From positions 188,224-252,223 of the forward strand of contig JAEUIE010000044.1 in NCBI GenBank assembly GCA_016795155.1: DNA of 64,000 nucleotides, read 5' to 3'. Source of the DNA: Planctomycetia bacterium (GTDB lineage: Bacteria > Planctomycetota > Planctomycetia > Gemmatales > HRBIN36). Positions 43,856-54,069 of the stretch are shown here, in pieces. The notes under the pieces were generated by a model. It saw only the letters and a list, made by a program, of their open reading frames with translations. It ran no database searches and was not told the origin of the DNA. Made by a program: the position numbers and the translations under genes. How positions within the stretch are numbered: the first letter of the stretch is position 1; the number at the start of each line of letters is the position of its first letter.

Positions 43856-45340
43856 TTATCCGAGTGGTTCAATAATAAACGCATGATACTGCCAGGGTTC
43901 TACATCGAGGTAAAGCCCCTTGGCCTGCAATTCATCCCCTGATCGATCATAAACCGCATCGCTGAGGAGATCACGCAGCCGCCAGTTGTGGTTGCCCAGA
44001 TCAGACATGGAAGGTCGTACATAGCACTGGCTTCGCTCTCCTGAGTAATTGACAGCCACCAGCATTCGATTTCCGGCAATATCATTCCAGGTGTATGCCA
44101 GGAAATGATCCCGGGTAGCATTGTTCTCCCAGGCTGCATGACAAGGTGCAAGCTGCCAGTCGCCATTTCGTAGTACAGGTTGCTTGAGTACAGCTAGCAG
44201 CCGCTGATAGAACGTCTGCAATGGGACATCGACCGGTTCAACGGGCCCTCGAATCAAATGCGGAGAAATCCGAACCTGTTTCCCTTCCAGTTGCCCCTGA
44301 TGAAAGAAGCGTAAGCCCGGGCTGAGGAATGTAATCACTGCTGCAGCACGGTGAACTTCCAGCGGGAAAGTTTTGGCGGCACGAGGCTCATCATGATTTT
44401 CAAGAAAACGAACCATCTTGTTCTGATACTGCATGTCGGCATGCAGATGTTCGCGCGCAGCCCGAGTTTGCCTGTGTTCCAAACGATCATAGAGCCGTTT
44501 GTCGTAGGTATAATCGAACCCCTGCTGCTGGAGCGTCCATTCAAGATCCCAGTACACCTCTGCCACGAAACAGAAGGCCGGGTGGTTTTGCCTGACTTCC
44601 TTGATGGCCCTCTCCCAGAATGGTTCCGCCTTCAAACCCCAGGTTCGTTCAAAGACATCGGGCAGCACCAGCATGGCCATGTCGCAGCGGACGCCATCGC
44701 ACTGGCCAGCTATTCTGGCGAGTTCTGCCCGCATGGCTGCCTGGGTGGCAGGATTGGCGTAGTTCAGTTGCAGCGTGTCAGGCCAGCCGGGGAAGTAGGG
44801 GTCACGGCCATGGGCCAGGAGCAGACTGCCCTGCTTGGTTGGAACACGTGTGTAATTTTTCGGCGCCTGGGCGAGTTGGAGTTCGGTGCCAGCCACGAAG
44901 TAATCGGGATGCTCGTTCACCCAGGGATGATCCAGTGCCATGTGATTGGGGACAAAATCGAGGAGAAGGCGGAATCCTCGTTTCCTGAGTCGTTCGCGCA
45001 GGCGTGCCAGTGCAGCATCCCCGCCGAGGTTCGTGTGAACGGTATAGCCGGTGATGGCGAAACCTGAACCACCAATGTCGTCGTCCGTCAGATCGGGCAA
45101 GGTATTCCTGAATTCGTTCAGCCACTCCGGATTGGTACGTGAGATGCGCTGAGCAGCAGTCCCGGTCTGCCAGACGCTGAGCAGCCAGATCCAATCGAAC
45201 TTCTGCTCGGCAAGTTTATCGAGTTCAGCATCGGGGATATCGTCGAGGGTGGCGCGCTTGCCGAGCTTTCTGGAAAGCTCGGTGAGCCAGACACGGGTAT
45301 TGATCTGGTACAGGCTGGGATACTGGGGCGAGAGATTCAC
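43856..45340 (-). CDS. GH13 alpha-amylase-family glycoside hydrolase
   Basis: 494 aa with the four GH13 regions: DFVPNH, GVRCDMA, FVAEVYW, FLENHDE. Confidence 0.85.
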   Translation of the reverse strand: MNLSPQYPSLYQINTRVWLTELSRKLGKRATLDDIPDAELDKLAEQKFDWIWLLSVWQTGTAAQRISRTNPEWLNEFRNTLPDLTDDDIGGSGFAITGYTVHTNLGGDAALARLRERLRKRGFRLLLDFVPNHMALDHPWVNEHPDYFVAGTELQLAQAPKNYTRVPTKQGSLLLAHGRDPYFPGWPDTLQLNYANPATQAAMRAELARIAGQCDGVRCDMAMLVLPDVFERTWGLKAEPFWERAIKEVRQNHPAFCFVAEVYWDLEWTLQQQGFDYTYDKRLYDRLEHRQTRAAREHLHADMQYQNKMVRFLENHDEPRAAKTFPLEVHRAAAVITFLSPGLRFFHQGQLEGKQVRISPHLIRGPVEPVDVPLQTFYQRLLAVLKQPVLRNGDWQLAPCHAAWENNATRDHFLAYTWNDIAGNRMLVAVNYSGERSQCYVRPSMSDLGNHNWRLRDLLSDAVYDRSGDELQAKGLYLDVEPWQYHAFIIEPLG

Positions 45341-45365
45341 AGCGTCGTCCTTTCATGAACAGATG

Positions 45366-46445
45366 CTATCTGCTGAGCACGGGGGAAAGCAGGCGCGAAG
45401 CTCGTGCAACTGCACCGTTCAGGAACTGCATGGGAAGATGGAGTCTGAAGCCCCAGTCACGTTCACTATGACGGGCCTGGGGAAAACCGAGATGCATGAG
45501 ATTGTGACCATAGCGCCAGCCACGGGAGACCAGTGCTGCAGCCATGGCCATCGTCACTTCGAAGTTGTCTTCGGGCCAGCCGCTATCGAGGTAGAAGCCG
45601 ACATCGGGTAGTGTTTCTCGCAACACCCGTTCGAGCAGATCATCCTTGAACGAAAAAGTGCTCGACATGCAGACGGCAGCCCCGAAATGCTGGGGGTACT
45701 CCCAGACAGTATAGAACGAAACGACACCGCCCAGCGATGACCCCCAGACGCTGCGGAAGCGACGGTCAGGCACACTGCGAAGTATTTTCTCTTCCTGTGG
45801 GATGATCTCTTCCACCAGCGATCGGGCATAGAGTTCGTAGCCGGGTTTGGTGTATTCGGTCATGCGGTCGCCGGAGTAGAGACCAACGATGATCATATCT
45901 TCCGAAGCACGCATGCCACGCAGGGTCTGGCTAGTCTGGTCCACCTGCCAGTCATTACCCATGAATGCTTCTTCGAGGAAGAAAAGATTCTGGCCATCCT
46001 GCATGTAGGCGATGGGGTAGGTGGCCAGCGTGTTCTCGTCGTACCCCGGGGGCAGATACACCCGCAGGCGATGCTGACGGTTCAGGAGCTTGGAGGGTAT
46101 CTCCACCAGGCGGGAGAACCTCCCCTCTTCGGAACCGAAGAAGAATGGATAGCAGGCCCGCTGATCTTTCTCGGTCATCAGCAGCAGGTTGTTCGAACCG
46201 ATGGACCAGTGAAACCTATCGCCCTGTATCAGCCCTGCTTTAAAGTAGACGAACGGCTGGCGTGAGGTGATTTCGAAGGTGGAGACGGTACCATCGTCAC
46301 TGACAGATATCGGCTCGAGGTTTTTGTTCCAATCGAATTGCGTACGCAACACGATATGGCCCCGACCAGCTGGGTAAATGACCCGGAGCGTTCGTTTGAG
46401 CGCTGCCGACGTTTTGTAAAGAAGCTCTGGTGCTGGTTCTGACAC
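45366..46445 (-). CDS. Esterase-D/enterochelin-esterase-like alpha/beta hydrolase with N-terminal beta-sandwich domain
   Basis: 359 aa. Nucleophile elbow GSSLGG, C-terminal His. The N-terminal ~100 aa is Ig/CBM-like. Confidence 0.7.
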   Translation of the reverse strand: MSEPAPELLYKTSAALKRTLRVIYPAGRGHIVLRTQFDWNKNLEPISVSDDGTVSTFEITSRQPFVYFKAGLIQGDRFHWSIGSNNLLLMTEKDQRACYPFFFGSEEGRFSRLVEIPSKLLNRQHRLRVYLPPGYDENTLATYPIAYMQDGQNLFFLEEAFMGNDWQVDQTSQTLRGMRASEDMIIVGLYSGDRMTEYTKPGYELYARSLVEEIIPQEEKILRSVPDRRFRSVWGSSLGGVVSFYTVWEYPQHFGAAVCMSSTFSFKDDLLERVLRETLPDVGFYLDSGWPEDNFEVTMAMAAALVSRGWRYGHNLMHLGFPQARHSERDWGFRLHLPMQFLNGAVARASRLLSPVLSR

Positions 46446-46638
46446 GTTCGCTACTCCAAGCCTTTCCTGTTAAGATGCAACAATTGGGTAAGGACGAGCA
46501 ACACCACTCTCACCATAACCGATGAACAAGTAGATTCCATGCAGAGCAATGCACGCACTTTCCGAATAATCCTAAGAGATTGTGTATCTTGTCATCTCGT
46601 TTTCGGGTGATGTTATTCCAGTCTGTTCAGGCCAAAGT

Positions 46639-47727
46639 ATGCGAATCACGGCTGTGCTTACGGTTTGCTTCGCCTTGCTGGGAGTGATCCTGGCTGGTTG
46701 CCAGCATTACGGGCCTCGATCGATCACCGCTGATCGCATTCCCTACAACCAGGCCATTGCCGAATCGTGGAAAGAACAGACGCTGCTGAACATCGTGAAA
46801 CTGCGTTACATGGATACGCCGTTCTTCGTGGACGTGCCACAGATTACGAGTGGCTACACGATTCAAGGAACAGCTTCTGCCGCTGGTGGTATCTTTCCTC
46901 CGGTCAATCCCGTGTCGACGTTTGCCCAGCAACTGGGTTTGACTGCCAACCTGCAGGGGGCCTATCAGGACAGGCCCACCATCTCTTATCAACCGCAGAC
47001 GGGCTCGCAGTTTATTCGAAATCTGACAACACCGATCAATCCCGGCTCGGTGCTCTATCTCCTGCAATCGGGGTACCCGGCGGACTTGGTGCTCAATTTG
47101 ACCGTGGATTCGATAAATGGAATCAAAAATCGCTCGGTGGTGGGTGGACAGATACGACCTGCCGACCCGGAATTCGTGCAAATCGTCCAATCGCTTCGTA
47201 AAGGCCAGCAGTCGGGTCATGTGGGTATCCGGGTGGAACGAGCGAAGGACAAACCCGATTCGGTTGCCTTCTTCTTTCAGGAGCAGGGGATCGATCCGGA
47301 GATCAAAGCTGAACTGGCCGAAGTCAGACGAATCATGCGACTGGATCCACAAGCGAAGTCCTTTCCGGTAGTCTTTGGCGCTAACGCCTCACAGCCTAAT
47401 GAGATTGCGATCCTGTCTCGATCCGTCTATCGCATCCTTTCTGAACTGGGTACTTTCGTGGAAGTACCCGAAGATCACGTGACAAGCGGTATCGCTCCAT
47501 ACCTGGGTAGTGCCGGGACAGATGGTCAACCGCTGCTGCGCGTCATTTCTTCCACCTGTAAGCCTGTCAATCCTTTCATCAGTGTCTGTTACGAAGGGCA
47601 CTGGTTCTGGATCGATAAGACAGACAGCTATTCCAAGCGGACCATCGCTTACCTGGTGGTGCTGCTAGCGCTTGCCGATACCGGGGCCAAGGAAAACCTG
47701 CCTGTCATCACGATTCAAGCTAATTGA
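46639..47727 (+). CDS. Hypothetical lipoprotein
   Basis: MRITAVLTVCFALLGVILAGC lipobox when started at the ATG at 46639 (track start 46582 is upstream). No catalytic motifs. Confidence 0.6.
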   Translation: MRITAVLTVCFALLGVILAGCQHYGPRSITADRIPYNQAIAESWKEQTLLNIVKLRYMDTPFFVDVPQITSGYTIQGTASAAGGIFPPVNPVSTFAQQLGLTANLQGAYQDRPTISYQPQTGSQFIRNLTTPINPGSVLYLLQSGYPADLVLNLTVDSINGIKNRSVVGGQIRPADPEFVQIVQSLRKGQQSGHVGIRVERAKDKPDSVAFFFQEQGIDPEIKAELAEVRRIMRLDPQAKSFPVVFGANASQPNEIAILSRSVYRILSELGTFVEVPEDHVTSGIAPYLGSAGTDGQPLLRVISSTCKPVNPFISVCYEGHWFWIDKTDSYSKRTIAYLVVLLALADTGAKENLPVITIQAN

Positions 47728-50500
47728 CCTGTTCCGCGTGTCTGATAGCATCCCGATCCAGAACCTGGCTGAGCCGTGAAACAGGATGGTCAGTTTCTGC
47801 AGCAATCTTATGGTAACCGAGAATACTATCAGGAGTATTCGTCGCAAACAGATGCATCAGTCGGGCAATGACGCCCGTCCAGCCTGTCTGGTGATTGGCC
47901 CCCAGCCCTGCTCCATTGTCACCATGGAAGTACTCGTAGAACTGGATCAGATCACGCCAGTGCGGATCTTCCTGGAACTTCCTGGTATCGCCATAGACCG
48001 GGCGTTTGCCATCAGAGTTTTTCAGGAACATGTTGCCAAGGCGACGAGAAATCTCCTCAGCGACCTGGTACAGGTTCATCATGTTGCCAGAACCCGTCGG
48101 GCATTCGACGACAAAATCGTTTCCGTAGTAGCTGTAGTAGTTGAGCAGTGCGCGAATGATCAACGCATTGACTGGCATCCAGATGGGGCCACGCCAGTTC
48201 GAATTGCCACCGAACATGCCCGTATCTGACTCCGCAGGCAGGTAGTCCACACGGTATTCCTGTCCGCCTGCTTTGAAGACATAGGGATGCTCGGCATGGA
48301 ACCGGGAGAGGGATCGCAACCCGTAGGGGCTGAGGAACTCTTTTTCATCCAGCATCTTCGACAGGACGCGTCGCAGTTTGTTCTCATCGAGGATAGAGGC
48401 CAGTCGTCTGCCTTCGACACCCATCTTGCCTGGATCGTGAATGGCAGTCCGCACCTCCGGTCGGGCATCCAGAAATCGCTTGATACGCATAGCCATATCG
48501 GGATACTTCGCCAGGAGTTTGCCATCGTACACGGTTGCTGCACAGAGAGGCAACAACCCGACCATGGATCGCACTTTGAGCCTCTGAGAATTGCCATCAG
48601 GGAGTCTAAGCACATCGTAGAAGAAGCCATCTTCCTCATCCCACATGCCGCTTTCCCCACCCATGTGGGTCATGGAGGAAGCAATCCAGAAGTAGTGCTC
48701 GACAAACTTGATGGCCATGTCGCCATAGTCGGGATCAGTCAGCGCGAGTTCGCTGGCAATCTCGAGCATGTTCTGACAAAAGAGCGCCATCCAGGCAGTG
48801 CCATCGGCCTGTTCCAGATAGCCACCGGTGGGTAGTGGTGCACTGCGATCAAACACACCGATGTTATCGAGGCCGAGAAAGCCGCCTTCGAAGACGTTAC
48901 GCCCGGAGCGATCCTTGCGGTTGACCCACCAGGTGAAATTAAGCAGGAGCTTCTGGAAACTGCTCTTGAGCCATTCCTTGTCGCCTTCACCCGTTTTGGC
49001 CTTCTCGAGTCGATAGGTGAAGATGGTGGACCAGGCATGGACCGGCGGGTTGACATCACCAAAGTTCCATTCATACGCCGGTATCTGGCCGTTCGGATGC
49101 ATGTAGCGTTCGCGTAGCATCAGGCGCAGCTGATCTTTGCCAAAATCGGTATCTACGAGCGTGAGTGCGATGACATGAAAGGCCAGATCCCAGGCGGCAT
49201 ACCAGGGGTACTCCCACTTGTCAGGCATGGAGATGACATCGCCGTTGTACATGTGATGCCAATGTTCATTGCGTGGGGCGTTCTTTCTGTCTTTCTTGAA
49301 GGGATCACTGCCCCGCTCTTCCAGCCACTTGTCGACATCGTAATGGTAGAACTGCTTGCTCCAGAGCATGCCCGCAAGGGCCTGCCGCATGACGTTAGCC
49401 TGGTCACCACTAAGGGACTGGGGAATCACCTTGGCGTAGAACTCATCTGCTTCCTTTTTCCCCTGCTCGACGATGGAATCAAACGAGGTGAAGGGTGTCG
49501 TTTTCTTGCCATTGCCCTGTGAGGCTGCCTGAGGCGAGGCATCCGTCAGCCGCAGTCGAATGACCTGGCATTCACCTGGTTGAACAGTCAGGTGATAGTG
49601 AGCTGCAACCTTGGTGCCCTTCTTTTCGGGATTGATCGCTTCATCGACGCCATGTACGAAATACTGATGGAAGCTGTCTTTCACATAATGACTGCGATTG
49701 GGCACACCGAAGATGCGTTCGGTGTTGGTTTCATTTTCAGTGAAGAGGAGAGGCACTTTGCCATCGCAGTAGAGGTAGCGTTCCCCCAACCTGTCATGCG
49801 TGGCCTTGATGGCACTCATGGTGCCATCGGTTTCAATCTGCTGCAACTGCGGCCGGGGCGCCTGGGCTACCCATGACCATTCGTTGCGGAACCAGAGGGT
49901 GGGCAACAGATCAATGACAGCTGCTTCTGGACCGCGATTGTAAACGCTGATCTGGATCAGGATGTCTTCCGGCGACTTCTTGACATATTCCACGAACACG
50001 TCGAAGTACTTGTTCTGATCAAAGACGCCTGTATCGATGAGTTCGTATTCGAACTCTTTTCTGTTACGTTTCTTGCTGGTCTGCACCAGGTTGTCGTACG
50101 GGAAGGCTGCCTGCGGATATTTGTACAGGTACTTCATGTAAGAATGCGTCGGGGTACTATCGAGATAGAAATAGTACTCCTTCACATCCTCGCCGTGATT
50201 GCTTTCACTGTTGGTAAGGCCGAAGAGGCGTTCCTTGAGAATGGGATCCTTGCCATTCCAGAGGGCGAGTGCGAAACAAAGCTGCTGCTGGTCATCGGAG
50301 ATGCCCGCCAGGCCATCTTCGCCCCAGCGGTAAGCACGGGAACGAGCCTGATCGTGTGAGAAATAATTCCAGGCGTCGCCACCTTCACTGTAATCTTCAC
50401 GGACGGTACCCCACTGCCTTTCGCTGAGGTAAGGGCCCCATTTTTTCCAGGCTTTGCTTTTCTCTTGAGCTTCCTGCAACCGAAGTTGTTCAGCGTTCAC
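47720..50500 (-). CDS. GH63-like (MGH1/glucosidase-type, six-hairpin) glycoside hydrolase
   Basis: 926 aa. Conserved N-terminus WKKWGPYLSERQWGTVREDYS..GDAW.YF.HD.ARSRAYRWGEDG and (alpha/alpha)6-type C-terminal half. Confidence 0.75.
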   Translation of the reverse strand: MNAEQLRLQEAQEKSKAWKKWGPYLSERQWGTVREDYSEGGDAWNYFSHDQARSRAYRWGEDGLAGISDDQQQLCFALALWNGKDPILKERLFGLTNSESNHGEDVKEYYFYLDSTPTHSYMKYLYKYPQAAFPYDNLVQTSKKRNRKEFEYELIDTGVFDQNKYFDVFVEYVKKSPEDILIQISVYNRGPEAAVIDLLPTLWFRNEWSWVAQAPRPQLQQIETDGTMSAIKATHDRLGERYLYCDGKVPLLFTENETNTERIFGVPNRSHYVKDSFHQYFVHGVDEAINPEKKGTKVAAHYHLTVQPGECQVIRLRLTDASPQAASQGNGKKTTPFTSFDSIVEQGKKEADEFYAKVIPQSLSGDQANVMRQALAGMLWSKQFYHYDVDKWLEERGSDPFKKDRKNAPRNEHWHHMYNGDVISMPDKWEYPWYAAWDLAFHVIALTLVDTDFGKDQLRLMLRERYMHPNGQIPAYEWNFGDVNPPVHAWSTIFTYRLEKAKTGEGDKEWLKSSFQKLLLNFTWWVNRKDRSGRNVFEGGFLGLDNIGVFDRSAPLPTGGYLEQADGTAWMALFCQNMLEIASELALTDPDYGDMAIKFVEHYFWIASSMTHMGGESGMWDEEDGFFYDVLRLPDGNSQRLKVRSMVGLLPLCAATVYDGKLLAKYPDMAMRIKRFLDARPEVRTAIHDPGKMGVEGRRLASILDENKLRRVLSKMLDEKEFLSPYGLRSLSRFHAEHPYVFKAGGQEYRVDYLPAESDTGMFGGNSNWRGPIWMPVNALIIRALLNYYSYYGNDFVVECPTGSGNMMNLYQVAEEISRRLGNMFLKNSDGKRPVYGDTRKFQEDPHWRDLIQFYEYFHGDNGAGLGANHQTGWTGVIARLMHLFATNTPDSILGYHKIAAETDHPVSRLSQVLDRDAIRHAEQVN

Positions 50501-50514
50501 GTTGAGCCCTTAGG

Positions 50515-50781
50515 TTAGCCGGGTACACCCAGCATGGTCTTGTAGTGTCCGGGAACTGGTTCGAGCTTATCTGAACTGGAGGGTTGATAGAGTTTACGAT
50601 TTTCCCATGGGTTATCGCCAGTAGGCAGAGTCCAGAATTGACCATTCGAGTCCATGACGACCCAGCACAACTCGTTACGATCAACAAAAAGCTTAATTCT
50701 CTGCTTGGTTACCATCGTGGCTTCGGTCTGAACTACCGTCATGGTTACTTCCTCCGTGAAATCAAGACGCTGTTCGTTCAT
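50515..50781 (-). CDS. Hypothetical small protein (88 aa)
   Basis: In-frame ATG at 50781 preceded by AAGGA, 11 nt after the stop of the upstream BON-like gene. Ends 14 nt before the GH63-like start. Confidence 0.45.
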   Translation of the reverse strand: MNEQRLDFTEEVTMTVVQTEATMVTKQRIKLFVDRNELCWVVMDSNGQFWTLPTGDNPWENRKLYQPSSSDKLEPVPGHYKTMLGVPG

Positions 50782-50792
50782 CAAAACCGTCC

Positions 50793-51041
50793 TTAGTTTC
50801 TGCAGGGAAAGATGACCCGGATGGCATTCAATGCAATTGGCAAACTGCTGTGTTGCATCACCAGTTCCTGAGCTAACTGCTTGGTGTACCACGATTGCGT
50901 ATTGCCCTTCAAGACAATTCCCTTGTCCGATAACTGAACTTGAAGGTCGCCTACTGAATATCCCAGGCGATTCCGGATGATCTCTTCCAGCGATTCTCGT
51001 TCCTGTCTTAAAGATCCAGTAATTGCACAGTAATCGAGCAT
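50793..51041 (-). CDS. BON-domain-like small protein (82 aa)
   Basis: Pattern ..VQLSDKGIVLKGNTQSWYTKQLAQELV...L.NAIRV matches the BON alpha/beta signature by eye. Confidence 0.5.
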   Translation of the reverse strand: MLDYCAITGSLRQERESLEEIIRNRLGYSVGDLQVQLSDKGIVLKGNTQSWYTKQLAQELVMQHSSLPIALNAIRVIFPCRN

Positions 51042-51192
51042 TACAACGTTCCTTCACCAACTTAAGGTGACCAAGGTCGCCCCCCCAACTTAATGACTTC
51101 ACTCATCAAGCCAAGATACTGTAATCAGATGATGCGTGACTTATAACTGTCAAATCTTACAGATTTATCCAAAATAGAAGCTCCATCGGTAT

Positions 51193-51831
51193 TTACGGTG
51201 AAATAATGTGATGTTTGATGGCATACTGTACTAATTCTGCATTGGTTTTGATCTGCAGTTCTTCCATCAGGCTGTACTTGTGAAATGCTACTGTACGAGG
51301 CGTTATTTTCATGATACGGGCAACTTCCTTCATGGTTTTGCCTTCCGCCAGCAGTTGCAGCACCTCACGTTGTCTCGGACTCGGTTCTGACTTGCGACCA
51401 TTGTTGTTATGCCTCAATTGAAAAGTGCCAGCCAGTTCTTTTGAAGATGGAGGAGTTACATACGTTCTCCCCTGTTGCACGGTTTGAATAGCTTGCACTA
51501 ATTCCGTGGTGGCAGCGTTTTTCAACAGGTAACCGGACGCACCAATTTGAAATGCTTCCGCCATCAGATCAGGGTCTTCATTCATGGTCAGAAAGATGAT
51601 CTTACATTGAGGTTGTATCTGCTTGAGTTGCCTGGCTGCATCCAGTCCGTTCAGCAAAGGCATGGCAATATCCAGCACAACGATTTCCGGCTGAAGCTTT
51701 CTGGCAGCTGCCAGCAAGGCTCTTCCATCCGAAACGGAACCCAGGACTGTACAATAGGGTTCAAGCAGTTTGGTCAGTGCTTCGCATAATAAGCGATGGT
51801 CATCAGCCAATAATACGCGTGGCATTCCCAT
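51193..51831 (-). CDS. NarL/LuxR-family response regulator
   Basis: 212 aa. VLLADDH, VVLDIAMP receiver. C-terminal LuxR HTH (LSPRQREVLQLLAEGKTMKEVA). Confidence 0.9.
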   Translation of the reverse strand: MGMPRVLLADDHRLLCEALTKLLEPYCTVLGSVSDGRALLAAARKLQPEIVVLDIAMPLLNGLDAARQLKQIQPQCKIIFLTMNEDPDLMAEAFQIGASGYLLKNAATTELVQAIQTVQQGRTYVTPPSSKELAGTFQLRHNNNGRKSEPSPRQREVLQLLAEGKTMKEVARIMKITPRTVAFHKYSLMEELQIKTNAELVQYAIKHHIISP

Positions 51832-51834
51832 GGC

Positions 51835-54069
51835 TTATGTCCTTTCAGCTGGCTCTGGCGAATATTCCAGTTGTTCATTAGAAGAAATGGATTCCTGTGT
51901 TGTCATCTCGAACGGTACACGAACTTCAATCCGTGTACCTTTCCCTGGCTTGGCGGATAACTGAACAGATCCCTGCACCAGGCGTACTCGTTCACGCATG
52001 CTGAGCAGGCCAAGGCCAGGCTTTTCATTGCTGCTCTCCGGATCAAATCCTCTGCCGTCATCTTGTATGGTCATCACCAAATGATGGTCCATACTTTTTA
52101 ACTGCACCTCAATGATCTCCGCATCAGCATGTTTAATTGCATTATTCAAAGCTTCCTGGGCTATTCGGTAGAAACACAGCGAGGTGTTGACAGGCAAAGA
52201 GAAATCCAATTCCTCGATATCGTAATCGATCACCACATCATGAGTACTGCTGAGTTCGCGACACAGGCTTCGCAACGACTTGATGAGCCCCAACTGCTCG
52301 AGCTTGGCGGGATGCAACTGATGCGACAGATTATGGACAAAAGTAGAAAGTTGCTTGACCTTGATGGATAGCTCCCGTGTTCGCTCAGCGAATTCTTGGG
52401 TATCCACCTCCTTGGAATGAGCAAGCATGTCGAGCTCGACTGCAATCAAGGCCAGGTTCTGGTTCAAGTCATCGTGCAGTTCTCGCGCAATGCGACGACT
52501 TTCTGTTTCCTGGGCTGTCAGTAATTTTCCTGTCAAAGCAGTCAGTTCCTCCTGGCTCTGCTCCAGTCTGGAAGCGGCAATTTTTCGCTCGCTGATATCT
52601 ACAATAGTTGCCAGCACCAGCGTCTTGCCATTCGAGCGGATGGGGTTCAACCCGATTTCCACGGGAAACTCACTACCATCCTTGCGTCGAGCAAAAAGTT
52701 CTCGCTCTTTCCCCATTGGTCGTGCAAGGGGTGATTGGAAAAATTGTTCCCTCCATTGTTCATGATGAATCTGCCAGGGTATGGGAACGAGGTGTTCCAG
52801 CGGAATCTGTTGAAACTCCGATTTACCATAGCCGAACATTTTCTCCATCTGGGCATTCACGAGCACGATCCGGCCGTTGCGCTCCACCATTAACATCCCG
52901 TAAGGCGAGGCATCCACGGAGAGTCGAAACTGATTCTCCGCCTGCTGCCGCGAACTTCGTTGCAGCAATAACCCTGCTATCAGAAGTGTTTGTGCCAGCA
53001 ACAAGGCGAGTGCGCCTACTATCTGCCAGCGATATAGTTCCCAGACGCCTGGCTGCTCATTATCGATGATGACACCGACAGGCAGTTGAGAATGTGAGGT
53101 AGCCCATCGCTGATATTCCTGGCCATCAATCAGAATGCTGTTCTGCACCTCACCACGATGGACAATTCCCCTGGGAGATTCACCCTGCAGCATTCGATTG
53201 ACCAGCCAGGCTGCATTCTTCCCTTCGTTGGCAAAGCTCATCAACTTTCCACCAACAATGCCTTTGCAATGATAAACCTGCAGATGGCCATAGATTGGCA
53301 CCCGGGCAACTTTCTTCATCATGCTAAGCACTTCGGGTGCAGCATAACTGGCGCCCGTATTATCCTTTTGTAGATGCAGATAATAGATGAAGCTTCCTGC
53401 GCCTATCTTGCTGACTTTATCCAGCAGATCATGTATCGACAAATCAGCCAGATGTACGATTTCCAATTGTGGTGCAACACGACTGAAATTCTGATCAGCC
53501 TTTTCCTTCCAGTACTTGTCATACGTAGATGAGCCCGAGACAACGTAGACACGCCTGGCGTCGGGATGAATACCCAGCGCCATTTGCATGGTGGCTTCAC
53601 TGTCGAATTTCATGGGAACGCCGACCATGTTATCGGGTAGTTTTTCACTGCTTAATTCATTCTCCTCTATGGCTGCAAACACCACAGGAACATCCGGCAG
53701 ACTTTTTTGATAGTTTTTGAAGAAGTTAAACGAATGCTTGAGACCCACGACAACGGTTTCCAGTTTGATAGTGGCATATTTCTGCTGCAGAAATTTCGCG
53801 AGTTGTTCCTGATATTTCTGATCTGGAAATCGGACAGCATCCAGGAACTCGTAATAAAACTCAATTTTCTGCTTTGAATGCTCCAGCAGATATTGACGAA
53901 ATGCCTGATCAAACTCAATGATGCCGGGGCGACCTGCCATATCAGGATAGATCACCAGAACTTTCCTGCTCGTGACATCCTCGGCCCAGACATGTAACGA
54001 AGAAAAAAGCAGCACCATTATTGCATTAAACAAAACTCCCGATTTGGTATTTCGCATGTGCTGAAGCAT
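51835..54069 (-). CDS. Sensor histidine kinase (HisKA_3 type) with periplasmic solute-binding-like domain and PAS domain
   Basis: 744 aa. Signal/TM, ~300-aa periplasmic domain resembling ABC substrate-binding fold, TM, PAS, H-box ARELHDDLNQ, HATPase (DDGRGF, GLGLLSMRER). Confidence 0.85.
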   Translation of the reverse strand: MLQHMRNTKSGVLFNAIMVLLFSSLHVWAEDVTSRKVLVIYPDMAGRPGIIEFDQAFRQYLLEHSKQKIEFYYEFLDAVRFPDQKYQEQLAKFLQQKYATIKLETVVVGLKHSFNFFKNYQKSLPDVPVVFAAIEENELSSEKLPDNMVGVPMKFDSEATMQMALGIHPDARRVYVVSGSSTYDKYWKEKADQNFSRVAPQLEIVHLADLSIHDLLDKVSKIGAGSFIYYLHLQKDNTGASYAAPEVLSMMKKVARVPIYGHLQVYHCKGIVGGKLMSFANEGKNAAWLVNRMLQGESPRGIVHRGEVQNSILIDGQEYQRWATSHSQLPVGVIIDNEQPGVWELYRWQIVGALALLLAQTLLIAGLLLQRSSRQQAENQFRLSVDASPYGMLMVERNGRIVLVNAQMEKMFGYGKSEFQQIPLEHLVPIPWQIHHEQWREQFFQSPLARPMGKERELFARRKDGSEFPVEIGLNPIRSNGKTLVLATIVDISERKIAASRLEQSQEELTALTGKLLTAQETESRRIARELHDDLNQNLALIAVELDMLAHSKEVDTQEFAERTRELSIKVKQLSTFVHNLSHQLHPAKLEQLGLIKSLRSLCRELSSTHDVVIDYDIEELDFSLPVNTSLCFYRIAQEALNNAIKHADAEIIEVQLKSMDHHLVMTIQDDGRGFDPESSNEKPGLGLLSMRERVRLVQGSVQLSAKPGKGTRIEVRVPFEMTTQESISSNEQLEYSPEPAERT

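Noticed and set aside
44351-45067. 238-aa ORF antisense to GH13 (likewise 46627-47352 antisense to the lipoprotein gene, 7733-8326 antisense to pepT, 12481-13038 antisense to the flippase)
   Set aside because: These are antisense shadows of well-supported genes with no motifs.
50515-51102. Single 195-aa ORF as one gene
   Set aside because: The N-terminal 107 aa look non-protein-like and overlap a better BON-like ORF in another frame. I split it into 50793-51041 and 50515-50781.
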